Below, piece after piece: positions 1 to 8,917 of a stretch of 64,000 bases of DNA. Origin of the DNA: Candidatus Poribacteria bacterium. GTDB taxonomy: Bacteria > Poribacteria > WGA-4E > PCPOR2b. A model generated the notes under the pieces. The model was not told the DNA's origin. It saw only the letters and a list, made by a program, of their open reading frames with translations, and searched no databases. The stretch lies in the NCBI GenBank assembly GCA_965198175.1, contig OZ240245.1, positions 4,096,001 to 4,160,000 on the forward strand. The letters are read 5' to 3'. The position numbers were made by a program, and so were the translations under genes. Position 1 is the stretch's first letter. Every line of letters begins with the position of its first letter.

Positions 1-1395
1 ATCAGTCTCGCTGAAATTAAAGCCGACGACCCTGAGGTGTACGAAATGATTGGGCAAGCCGACACGGTGGGGTTGTTCCAGATAGAGTCGCGGGTGCAGA
101 TGCAGACGCTGCCGCGCACAAAGCCGAGAAATCTCTCGGAGCTCGCCGCCGAAATCGCGATTATTCGGCCGGGTCCTGTGCAGGGCAACATGGTCACACC
201 ATACCTTCGGCGGCGGCAGGGGCTTGAGCCGGTGGGTTATCCGCATCCGCGTCTTGAAGAAATTCTTGAAGAGACGCTAGGTGTCGTGCTTTTTCAAGAG
301 CAGATTCTGCAGGTGGCTACCACGATTGCCGGCTACACCCCCGGCGCAGCGGAGATTCTGAGGCGCGAACTCGACGCGAAACGCTCTGAGCGTGCAGTGG
401 CGAAGATGCAAGCCGACTTCGTGGCAGGATCTGTCCGAAACGGAGTGGCGGAAAGCGATGCAATCCAGATTTTCGACTGCATCAAGGCGTTCGCAGGCTA
501 CGGCTTCTGCAAATCTCACGCTTTGGCGTTCGCCCATCTCGCCTATCAGTCGGCGTGGCTTAAGCGCTACTATCCCGTTGCTTACGCCGCTTCGTTAATC
601 AACAACCAACCCCTTGGGTTTTATCCCACACGCACTATCGTGGACGATGCGCGCCGACACGGGATACAATTCTTGCAAGTCGATGTGAATCGCAGCGACC
701 TCAGATGCGTCATCGAAACTGACTGCAAAAACGACGGTATTCGTCTGAGCTTAATCTGTGTCAAAGGAATCAGCTTAGCGAAAGCCCAGTCAATTGTGAA
801 CGCTCGTGAATGCGGGTTCTTCAAGTCGCTGAGAGATTTCGTTGCGCGGACCAAACTCGACGTCCCTAATATAGAGAATCTAATCGGCGCCGGTGGGTTC
901 GACGGTTTCGGCTTGTCTCGCAGGCAATTGCTGTGGCAACTGTGGATTGCCGATCAGTGGCGAGACAGGGGCATAATCGATCCGAAACTCATAGCCCCGC
1001 CACTGCCCCAACTCAGTCCGTGGGGCAAACTAAGGTGGGAATACAGCGCGCAGCAATTTTCGATAGACGCGCACCCTATGGAGCTGCTCCGCTCTAAACT
1101 GCATAGCGAAGTGCGGCGGCAGGACGCGCTAAGAAAGCTGCGGAACGGCGTTAGGACCGGCGTTGCGGGATTGGTGGTCTGTATACAGAAACCCGCCACT
1201 GCGAATGGGGTTTCCTTCATGACTCTGGAAGATGAGAGCGGACTGCTTAATGTGGCTATTTTCCCGGATATCTATGCGGAGTATCGGTCAATCTTTAAGC
1301 TGTCCCCGTTTGTGTATGTCTACGGAATCCTGCAGCGTGAGGGCGATCTAATCAGCATCCAAGCGCAATCATTTGCTGAATTGTCTTTCAGCTAA
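1..1395 (+). CDS. dnaE2: Error-prone DNA polymerase (DnaE2/ImuC), 5' end outside window
   Basis: Frame open from base 1 (ISLAEIKADDPEVYEMI); motifs GLFQIESR, RPGPVQG, GYGFCKSHA, INNQPLGFY; C-terminal OB fold (QKPATANGVSFMTLEDE). Confidence 0.9.
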   Translation: MSLAEIKADDPEVYEMIGQADTVGLFQIESRVQMQTLPRTKPRNLSELAAEIAIIRPGPVQGNMVTPYLRRRQGLEPVGYPHPRLEEILEETLGVVLFQEQILQVATTIAGYTPGAAEILRRELDAKRSERAVAKMQADFVAGSVRNGVAESDAIQIFDCIKAFAGYGFCKSHALAFAHLAYQSAWLKRYYPVAYAASLINNQPLGFYPTRTIVDDARRHGIQFLQVDVNRSDLRCVIETDCKNDGIRLSLICVKGISLAKAQSIVNARECGFFKSLRDFVARTKLDVPNIENLIGAGGFDGFGLSRRQLLWQLWIADQWRDRGIIDPKLIAPPLPQLSPWGKLRWEYSAQQFSIDAHPMELLRSKLHSEVRRQDALRKLRNGVRTGVAGLVVCIQKPATANGVSFMTLEDESGLLNVAIFPDIYAEYRSIFKLSPFVYVYGILQREGDLISIQAQSFAELSFS

Positions 1396-1550
1396 TGCAG
1401 CTTAAACAAACAACATTGACGCTTCCGGCAAGAGAACTGCTATTATGGCACCTCCTTTATAATCATTTCAATAGACATCTTTCCAAAATAAGTATCCGTT
1501 TGTTTTGATTTTAGGTTATACCCTTTCAAACATCTTCTATTGCGGTTACA

Positions 1551-2219
1551 TTGAAACAGATCGACGAATGGGAAGCCGATGACAATATATTCTTTCGAGT
1601 CACAGAAAAAAACAGGCTACATCAACAATATTCGACGGTGGTCGGCGAAGAGCCCGCAATTAGAGACACACTAGACAACAGAACACGTAAAAGGATAGAA
1701 CAAGAAATAGAGGATGGCACTCTTGCCGATGATAAAGTTGCCGAATTAGACAGGCAATTACGCGAAGGCGAGATTGACGACTTCGTTTACGCCAAAGAAC
1801 ACGGAGAGCTGGTCGCGGAAACGACTATCGAATATTACGAAGAATATTGCGAAGATGTGCTATCGTCAGTAGTGGATGAAATGGGTGTCCCGATGGGCAT
1901 TAAAGAAGTCTTTGCAGAGGGGCAAAACACTTTGATTTATCCGGGACCGAATGCTACCGAACGCCTAATCGGTGTAAACCAAGCGTTAAATATCGCCTCG
2001 CGCAGTGGCTGGGATTGGCCAAATCGGCAAGGCATGGATGCCCCAGTTATTCATGTTATTCGGGGGTATAAGACAAGCGTGACCTATGACGCTGACGGTA
2101 TTGTAATAGTTCCTGAAGAAACAGTCGCAGTGTTCGACTGGAGTGACGAATTTCAGGAAGCCGTTATGCAAATGGAGGACGACGCTTTTCAGGCGGCGGC
2201 ATTGTCGCCCGGCGACTAA
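1551..2219 (+). CDS. Hypothetical acidic protein, possibly a fragment
   Basis: 222-aa ORF rich in D/E; TTG start without a clear SD; no recognisable family. Confidence 0.55.
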   Translation: MKQIDEWEADDNIFFRVTEKNRLHQQYSTVVGEEPAIRDTLDNRTRKRIEQEIEDGTLADDKVAELDRQLREGEIDDFVYAKEHGELVAETTIEYYEEYCEDVLSSVVDEMGVPMGIKEVFAEGQNTLIYPGPNATERLIGVNQALNIASRSGWDWPNRQGMDAPVIHVIRGYKTSVTYDADGIVIVPEETVAVFDWSDEFQEAVMQMEDDAFQAAALSPGD

Positions 2220-2472
2220 AATTTTTGCGCCCTTTGCCCGATCGTTCTAATTCTTGTTCTTCTTTGACGCCGGGCAGGTCGGCTAGTTTTACGTCGGCGA
2301 TTTGAGCGTTTGTCAATTGGCGCTTTTCTCGCAAATAAATTAGTGACCCTTTTATACGATGGTACCGCCTGCTAACCTCTTTTGACGGGTTCGGCAATTC
2401 CGCTCTAAATGCTTCATATGCTTCGTACAATTCCTTACCGACTTCACCGGGAATTTTTTCAGGTTTTCTCAT
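2164..2472 (-). CDS. Small basic hypothetical protein, possible HTH
   Basis: Strong SD (GAAAGGAG) before ATG and its own consensus promoter; LREKRQLTNAQIADV resembles an HTH start. Confidence 0.65.
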   Translation of the reverse strand: MRKPEKIPGEVGKELYEAYEAFRAELPNPSKEVSRRYHRIKGSLIYLREKRQLTNAQIADVKLADLPGVKEEQELERSGKGRKNFSRRATMPPPEKRRPPFA

Positions 2473-2490
2473 GATGGACTCCTTTCACAT

Positions 2491-2519
2491 ATTATATCAT
2501 ACCATATTCAGTAATTCAA
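2491..2519 (-). promoter_or_regulatory. Sigma70-type promoter for 2164..2472
   Basis: Minus strand TTGAAT-N17-TATAAT with extended -10 TG. Confidence 0.65.
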
Positions 2520-2536
2520 TACTGGAGGACTAAGCT

Positions 2537-3259
2537 GTGCCGTGGGAAGAAGAAGAATTTAGCTTCAATCAAGAACCGTTGGCGGAGGATGACCAATTTG
2601 ATGTATTGGGTAGCGGCGACTATCTCGTCGATCAGGAATCGTCCGCACTGCCCGAAGCAGATCCGCCAGACCCGGACAAACACAAGCCAGCATGGGAATC
2701 TGGGCTTGAGAACGTCGCTCCGTTCTGGCAGCAACTCTCCGAACCGCAGCGGAACGCATGGTTCTCATACGATAATTTTAGCAGGTTGGGCGATGCAGAC
2801 CGAACCAGCCTGCTCCGTCTGGCGGACGCCTACGGCGATTTGCGCGATAAAGGTAACAATCGACTCAAAGCTAGTCCCGAACAATTCCTCGCATTCTGGC
2901 AAGTCTCAAGGCTAGACCCTGAAAACGCACAGAAAGCAATGGAATCGCTTCAAGCTGAAGGCAAAGAACTAGAAATCATTAACGACCCGTGGATTGAGGT
3001 TGCACGCGAAGCCTTTCCCGGCTTGCCCGACAACTGGTGGGAATTAGTTGAACAGCTCGGCACAACCGAAACAGCCAAAGCGATCGGCATGCTAGCGAAA
3101 GAAGTTGGTGCTGCAATCACTATTTCCGCCCAAGAGGCCTTTCCGTTCTCGCTAATCTTCGGCGACGCAGATATTGGCGAAGGGCTTAAAGAACTTTTCG
3201 AAGGCAGAGAGGGTTGGGATAAGACTATGCTACGGCGGAACCGGTGTAATTACGATTAA
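2537..3259 (+). CDS. Hypothetical acidic protein
   Basis: 240-aa ORF, GTG start preceded by SD GGAGG; no family recognised. Confidence 0.6.
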   Translation: MPWEEEEFSFNQEPLAEDDQFDVLGSGDYLVDQESSALPEADPPDPDKHKPAWESGLENVAPFWQQLSEPQRNAWFSYDNFSRLGDADRTSLLRLADAYGDLRDKGNNRLKASPEQFLAFWQVSRLDPENAQKAMESLQAEGKELEIINDPWIEVAREAFPGLPDNWWELVEQLGTTETAKAIGMLAKEVGAAITISAQEAFPFSLIFGDADIGEGLKELFEGREGWDKTMLRRNRCNYD

Positions 3260-3260
3260 C

Positions 3261-3929
3261 ATGTCTAAAGTCGGAGACAGGATACACTTAATTTACATTG
3301 ATGATTCCGGAGATGAAGAAATACGGGTACTTTCAGCCTTAACAATACTTGTTGATGAATGGAACTCCTGCCTTAAGCAAATAAAAGAATTTCGGCACAA
3401 ACTAAAGATAAGTGACGGCATTTATGTTGAGACTGAATTTCATGCATGGAAATTTGTTTCGGGACGGGGAAAAATCGGCGATGACATGGTAACTAAGCAA
3501 CGACGATGCCAAATCTTTAAACAGACTTTGGAAATGGCAGCAATGCTTCCCGGCGCACGCCTTTTTAACACCGTGTTTCCAACTAAAGTAAGCAAACCTT
3601 CTTTTGAAGCGTTACTTAGCGAGATTAACCGAAGCCTGCAACAATGGAATTGTCATGCGATTTTAATCTGCGATGAAGGAGGGGAGGATATCTACACAAG
3701 ATTGGTTCGGCGCATGCAAACTTTAAAGAATGGCGCAATCGATCGTATTCTTGAAGATCCATTTTTTAAGCAATCCGATCAGTCATATTTCATCCAGTTG
3801 TCCGATTTTTGTGCTTATGCGCTGCTGCGTCAAGAACGTCCAATTGCGTCCAAAACGAGGTACGGGCTCGATCAAGCATTCAATTTGCTTAAACCTATAT
3901 CGGAAGGAATTATCCGACCATATCTTTAG
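3261..3929 (+). CDS. DUF3800 domain protein (RNase H-like fold)
   Basis: N-terminal LIYIDDSG, internal EFHA and ICDEG, C-terminal IQLSDFCAY (QxxD motif). Start is ATG 3261, or ATA 3282 which has a GGAG SD. Confidence 0.85.
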   Translation: MSKVGDRIHLIYIDDSGDEEIRVLSALTILVDEWNSCLKQIKEFRHKLKISDGIYVETEFHAWKFVSGRGKIGDDMVTKQRRCQIFKQTLEMAAMLPGARLFNTVFPTKVSKPSFEALLSEINRSLQQWNCHAILICDEGGEDIYTRLVRRMQTLKNGAIDRILEDPFFKQSDQSYFIQLSDFCAYALLRQERPIASKTRYGLDQAFNLLKPISEGIIRPYL

Positions 3930-3943
3930 AACGAACAACTCGC

Positions 3944-3994
3944 AAAAAAAAAGCAGGGCCTACATCCGCCGCCAAGGGAGGGTTCGGTCCTGCC
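3944..3994 (-). ncRNA. Candidate small RNA convergent with the DUF3800 gene
   Basis: Promoter at 4001-4029, then closing stem GCAGGACC/GGCCCTGC (7 of 8 pairs), inner CCTCC/GGCGG stem and a 9-U tract. Confidence 0.5.
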
Positions 3995-4000
3995 GACTCT

Positions 4001-4029
4001 ATTATAACATTAAATTCAAGATAGATCAA
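4001..4029 (-). promoter_or_regulatory. Sigma70-type promoter for the candidate sRNA
   Basis: Minus strand TTGATC-N17-TATAAT with extended TG; no minus-strand ORF downstream. Confidence 0.6.
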
Positions 4030-4168
4030 ATCCTTTTTAAAGATATTTACAGAAATGAAATTCGCCGAAAATTTTTTCATCAGGTGCGGGTCCGTGCAAC
4101 TGGTTGTATGTTATTATAACCGCCCGATGCGTTCAAATACCACAACAAGCTAAGGAGAATTTTGAACA

Positions 4169-4660
4169 ATGACAAATACCCAACAAAAAGACAAGATTTT
4201 AGCCGCTCGCTTTGCGGCGACAAACCTGAATGACGCTGCTGTGGACTTTGAAGCATTTGTTCATCGGATGCACCGTGCTGGGGAGTATGATAAACTCAAA
4301 CATTGGTGGGACGATATGGATGCCTTGCGAATAATCCGAGCTGCGGAACATCATATAAAGAGTCTGACATCAGAAACGGAACCATCTCCAGATCTGATTG
4401 AAAGACCCACTGTAGGTAAAAACGGGTGTATCCAGTTCATGGGAGAACCGATTGGTAAAATTTATAGTTATTACCGTACCGTGCTTCCACAAGAGATGCA
4501 GATTAAGATAGCGTATGATAGTTTGATTGACCGTTTTTGGAAATTTGTACAACAGGAAAAATGGGCAATTCGCCACCACCTAGCAAGCGTGGACGTGGCA
4601 CAAAGAAGGCAAAGGTGCTGGGGGCTGTTCAGCGTGGCGGAAAGGTTATTGCTCGTGTAG
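4169..4660 (+). CDS. Hypothetical protein whose 3' end runs into IS1595 DNA
   Basis: SD TAAGGAG before ATG; the last ~35 codons overlap the transposase remnant out of frame. Confidence 0.55.
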   Translation: MTNTQQKDKILAARFAATNLNDAAVDFEAFVHRMHRAGEYDKLKHWWDDMDALRIIRAAEHHIKSLTSETEPSPDLIERPTVGKNGCIQFMGEPIGKIYSYYRTVLPQEMQIKIAYDSLIDRFWKFVQQEKWAIRHHLASVDVAQRRQRCWGLFSVAERLLLV

Positions 4661-5091
4661 TAACTAATCTCGGTAGTAAGGTCATTATGGGATTCATTCA
4701 GAACCACGTGCGGTGCAGAGGCTCTACCCTCATGACAGATGAGTATAAAGGCTATCTGCCAGTGCAGAAAGTCATGAGGCATCAGGTTATCAAGCATCAA
4801 GAGCGTCGATATGTTGATGAAGATAACCCTGAAATTCACACCAACACGATTGAAGGGTTCTGGAGTTTACTCAAGCGGGCGTGGTACGGCAGCCATCATC
4901 ATTTCAGCAAGAGATACGCTCCGCTCTACGTGGCTGAAGCATGCTGGAAATACAACCACAGGCATGACGAGGACTTGTTCGACGTGTTTATGCAGGAGTG
5001 TGTGATTGGTCATCGACATAGGAATTCCCCCACACCCGTCGGAAGATGGTTATTTACTTCTTTCAAGCAATGTGTCAACCTTGCTACTTAA
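4555..5091 (+). mobile_element. IS1595-family transposase remnant, 5'-truncated
   Basis: KRGRGTKKAKVLGAVQRGG, LMTDEYKGY, HTNTIEGFWSLLKR, YVAEACWKYNHR present; zinc ribbon and first catalytic DETY motif absent. Confidence 0.85.
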
Positions 5092-5307
5092 TTCAAGCAA
5101 TGTGTTCACCTTGCTGTCCAAATTATCAACCTTTTTGGCTAAGGTGTCATGCTCGCGTTGCATCTGATTACGCAAATCATCAATGCGATTGTTAATGTCA
5201 GAAAAGCGCCCATTAAACACAAGAAGCAGTAGCGCGAACATTGCCGGAGAAGCAAAGACGGCAGCTATCTGAAGCCAGATTGGGGTTGTGGCAAGTTCAG
5301 GTGTCAT
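5050..5307 (-). CDS. Small membrane-anchored coiled-coil protein
   Basis: SD AGGGAG, one TM helix then a heptad coil; 30-nt tandem duplication (5062-5085/5092-5115) encodes SKV(N/D)TLLE twice. Confidence 0.65.
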   Translation of the reverse strand: MTPELATTPIWLQIAAVFASPAMFALLLLVFNGRFSDINNRIDDLRNQMQREHDTLAKKVDNLDSKVNTLLELSSKVDTLLERSK

Positions 5308-5382
5308 TTCAGTTCTCCCTTTTGTGTTACCAAAGGAAGAATAATTGGGGGTTAGTATTTCACGCTTTAGGTTCTGGATTGG

Positions 5383-5411
5383 ATGTTATACTAAAGCATA
5401 ATGTATGTCAA
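5383..5411 (-). promoter_or_regulatory. Probable promoter for 5050..5307
   Basis: Minus strand TTGACA-N17-TAACAT. Confidence 0.45.
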
Positions 5412-5511
5412 CATAAATGACACTACAGGAAAACTTTGTTAGCACTCAAGGCAGTTGGTATGCTAAAATGGTACCACAGTTATCCACAAACTGACCACAA
5501 AGGAGAAAAAC

Positions 5512-6237
5512 ATGAAACGATTCACTGCATCGCTTTTGGCGATGTTGTTTATATTCAGCGCACCTATATTTTCGGCATCATATGCAGTTAATACCAAATT
5601 TATTGAAGGCCTTACGCTATTCGGATTGGTCGAACGAAGTGAGATTGTTGTGCTTGGCACAGTGGCAAATATAGACTACGTTACCCGTCCAAGCATATCA
5701 AACGAAGGTGCTACTACGGATATTGCTTTACGTATTGATGAGCTTATCAAGGGAAAACCCAATTTCGGAGACGACCACGTTATTTTCATGATTGAAGGCG
5801 GAGTGTACTATAGTACCTATGCCAAAAAGCGTGTAGAGATGAGAATTAGCGACCAGCCTACATTTGAAGTAGGCGAGCAAGTCCTAGTATTTCTGGGGAA
5901 GTTCGATCCCTATTCCGACTATGCTCATAATGGTTTGCATCTAATTCACGGGGAACTCGGCAAAAAGAAGTTATATGACGATAGGTTTCGATTTTGGTAC
6001 CTGCACTCGAAAGACAGACCGATAGCCGTTGCGATGAGTAAGGAATTAGTGAGTAACCTTGCTAAGGCTTACGTCAGTGACCACGAGGCAGCCGAACTGT
6101 TAGAAGCCTACATTAAAACACTGGCATTTGGTGATGAATCATCGTTGGCAACTGGCACTATCATTATGTCGAACGCCTTGGAAACTAAACTGCTTAGAGA
6201 AGCAAAACAAATCCTTAAACGCAGAAAGGAGAAATGA
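5512..6237 (+). CDS. Secreted hypothetical protein
   Basis: SD AAGGAG, signal peptide, LVERSEIVVLGTV and FEVGEQVLVFL motifs suggesting an OB-like beta-barrel. Confidence 0.75.
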   Translation: MKRFTASLLAMLFIFSAPIFSASYAVNTKFIEGLTLFGLVERSEIVVLGTVANIDYVTRPSISNEGATTDIALRIDELIKGKPNFGDDHVIFMIEGGVYYSTYAKKRVEMRISDQPTFEVGEQVLVFLGKFDPYSDYAHNGLHLIHGELGKKKLYDDRFRFWYLHSKDRPIAVAMSKELVSNLAKAYVSDHEAAELLEAYIKTLAFGDESSLATGTIIMSNALETKLLREAKQILKRRKEK

Positions 6238-6479
6238 GAATGAGTTTGAAATTTGCGGTTGCAAGTTTGGTGGCACTTTGTTTGTTGGCAACACCGGCAA
6301 CCGTTGTTCATTCCGATTGCCATGACACTACCTATTGTGAGCATGTTGTAAGCGAGTTGGCTGATATGTACTGGGACGAGCCATATAACAACACTGTGGA
6401 TTACTTGGTTAATGTGGATTATCGCCCACGACCCGAGAACAACCCGTCATTGGCAAGCACTGATGTAAGCGAAGCGTAA
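6234..6479 (+). CDS. Small secreted protein, possibly C-terminally truncated
   Basis: ATGA overlap with upstream gene, SD AAGGAG, signal peptide. Confidence 0.55.
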   Translation: MRMSLKFAVASLVALCLLATPATVVHSDCHDTTYCEHVVSELADMYWDEPYNNTVDYLVNVDYRPRPENNPSLASTDVSEA

Positions 6480-6571
6480 GGTTAAGTAGAGACACGCAAA
6501 TTACGATTGAAGAGTGGATAGCTCATGCTGGCTGTGACGCTCGCGTCATACTAAAAAGCCTCAACTCCTAC

Positions 6572-8074
6572 ATGACCGAATACATGGTGCCTTCCCATGA
6601 ACCATTCGGAATTGGCGCTCCAGGAGCTAAAGGAGCTTCGTTAGCCGACGTTTCAAGACTAATTGCAATACTTCACCAGTTATTCCGGCTGGCGGAGGAG
6701 TCTCTGACTGAAGCCAAAAACGCCGAAATAGCAGAGCAACCCAATCCTGATAAAGACCTTGACGCTGTTCTGGAGAAGATTAACGAGATAGTAAAAAAAT
6801 CTGAAGGTGCCGACTATATTTATCGTGGCGAACCTGAGTGCTATAGCAAAGTAGCTTCAACTCTATACAGACACTATGAAGATGACATTAAGGGAATCGA
6901 CATTCGGATAGACACTATCCAACGTGAAATGATTGTAGATGCAAGACATTATGCTAAGGAAGGGACCAATTTCGAAATCCTAACTCAACTCCAGCACTTC
7001 GGCGGTAAAACCAACCTCATATATTTCACGACCGATTACCTAGTCGCCCTTTTCTTCGCGTGTGACGGTTCTCACGACGACGACGGAAGAATTGTCCTTT
7101 TGAAGGAGACCGGAGAAAGCACGACAAAATACCGCATCAAGGCACCTCGCAATCCGCAAAACCGCATCATCGCGCAGAAAAGCGTATTTGTTCGGCCGCG
7201 GAAGGGTTTCATTGAGTTCGACCCCGACAACGAAATAGACATTCCCGCACAGCTGAAAAAGCCGATGATGGACTACCTGCGGAAACATCATGACATATCG
7301 AGCCCTACCATCTATAACGACCTCCACGGTTTTATCAAACACCAGGACATCCATGCACGTGCAGACACGGAGTTTTTCAAAGCTGTGAACTGTTACAACA
7401 ATGAAGAGTATCCCAAAGTAATTTGGCATTACACCGAGGCTCTACGGTACAGCCCGCAGTGGTCTCATGCCTATACCAACCGTGGCGTGGCTTACAGTAA
7501 ATTGGGTAAGTACGACCATGCAATGAAAGACTTGGGCAAAGCGATTGAGTTGGACCCGAATGACTTCGTGGCATACAACAATCGTGGGGCGGTCTACTAT
7601 GACTTGGGTGAATTTGACCGTGCCATTGAAGATTTTGACAAAGCAATAGAGCTAAAGCCCCGCAAGGCTAGCGCTTACATCGAACGCGGTTTGACTTACT
7701 GCGAGAAGGAAGAATTTGACCGTGGAATTCAAGATTTTAGCAAGGCAATAGAACTCAAACCCAACGATGCTGACGCTTATTACAATCGTGGGCTCGCTCA
7801 TTACGATAAAGGGGAATACGCCCTTGCTGTCGGGGACCTTGATACTGCAGTAAGCATCAATCAGGATTTTCCCGACGCCTACTGTTATCTCGGTTTGGCG
7901 CGTTTGCACGTGAAAGACTGGGAGGGTGCCAGATCCGACCTGATGACTGCCAATAACAGGGGCGAGAGCGTTGCGGATGCGTTTACCGAATTCTATGAAA
8001 ATACAGCCGACTTCGAGCAGACAATCGGCGCTGAATTGCCGGAAGACATCGCTGCCTTGATACATCCAAGTTAA
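6572..8074 (+). CDS. FRG domain plus tetratricopeptide repeat protein
   Basis: YIYRGE, LQHFGGKTNL, ALFFAC, RIIAQKSVF (FRG); about 6 TPRs (AY.NRG..Y...G.YD.AI.DF.KAIEL.P); start uncertain. Confidence 0.85.
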   Translation: MTEYMVPSHEPFGIGAPGAKGASLADVSRLIAILHQLFRLAEESLTEAKNAEIAEQPNPDKDLDAVLEKINEIVKKSEGADYIYRGEPECYSKVASTLYRHYEDDIKGIDIRIDTIQREMIVDARHYAKEGTNFEILTQLQHFGGKTNLIYFTTDYLVALFFACDGSHDDDGRIVLLKETGESTTKYRIKAPRNPQNRIIAQKSVFVRPRKGFIEFDPDNEIDIPAQLKKPMMDYLRKHHDISSPTIYNDLHGFIKHQDIHARADTEFFKAVNCYNNEEYPKVIWHYTEALRYSPQWSHAYTNRGVAYSKLGKYDHAMKDLGKAIELDPNDFVAYNNRGAVYYDLGEFDRAIEDFDKAIELKPRKASAYIERGLTYCEKEEFDRGIQDFSKAIELKPNDADAYYNRGLAHYDKGEYALAVGDLDTAVSINQDFPDAYCYLGLARLHVKDWEGARSDLMTANNRGESVADAFTEFYENTADFEQTIGAELPEDIAALIHPS

Positions 8075-8179
8075 TTACAGAATCAAGAGGTGCAGCGACA
8101 GTTTCCGCGTCCATTCAGCCCGCCTGAGACGGCTCAGCCAGATTCCGTCCTTCACCATTCTATATGAAAGGAAACCCCC

Positions 8180-8524
8180 ATGAAATTAACTCGCTATAGA
8201 ATCATCTGGGCTCCCCAAGCAGTCGTAATTCTCATGTTTCTGATCGCCTTTAAGCATCCCTATTTGAAATATACGTTCACCACTCCCAATGAATACCACC
8301 AAAATAACCTTCTTCACGTGCTCTGCTTTGCGGCGTTCGCCTACCTCGCCGTTCACGCTTACCTCCAAAAGAAACTCGATTGGGCGTGGGGCTTTGCGGT
8401 AACCGCCATTATTTACAATCCCATTAGCCCATTAGACTTTAGCCGCAGGCTATGGGACGGAGTCTACCTAGTCACCATTGGCTTGGCAGTGGTATCCATT
8501 AAAGCGCTAGCGCGCCCACGATGA
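8180..8524 (+). CDS. Small membrane protein, DUF6804-like
   Basis: 3-4 TM segments, AIIYNPISPL..SR.LW motif, SD AAGGA. Confidence 0.7.
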   Translation: MKLTRYRIIWAPQAVVILMFLIAFKHPYLKYTFTTPNEYHQNNLLHVLCFAAFAYLAVHAYLQKKLDWAWGFAVTAIIYNPISPLDFSRRLWDGVYLVTIGLAVVSIKALARPR

Positions 8525-8917
8525 TGAATCGCTGAGTTCGGTTGTATTGTACGCACTTTGCAAAAAATTTATGCACACGTCCGGGAGACGTTAAAAAGAA
8601 GACATTTACGCAAATACGAATTCAACCTTTAGGTTGTGCGTGCTAATTATAGTTGTCGCACGTTAATGATGTATTTGTTAATTATTTATTGCAACCGTCC
8701 CAATTTCGTGATTCCGGTATTACTGTATAAACGGAGAATTAAACCGTTGCGGATTGAAACAGATTGCCTTTTTATAGACACAAGTTACACAACTTTTTTG
8801 GGGAAAATCAGACAATTTTTGCCAAAGTTGACGTTTTACCGGTGGTGGGCTTAATCACATGATTAAACGTGTCTGAATTTCGGTTAAGTCATGGCTGGCG
8901 CGTTTTGTGGCATCCCT

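Noticed and set aside
1400..1460. Type I toxin peptide after a minus-strand AAGGAGGTG
   Set aside because: No ATG/GTG at proper spacing; only a 14-codon ATA-started frame
8851..8866. Palindrome TTAATCA-CA-TGATTAA as a regulator site
   Set aside because: Lies between convergent gene ends in AT-rich DNA with no associated promoter
8525..8917. CRISPR array
   Set aside because: Only one full repeat-like unit, no regular repeat-spacer period and no cas genes; kept only as a solitary-unit finding
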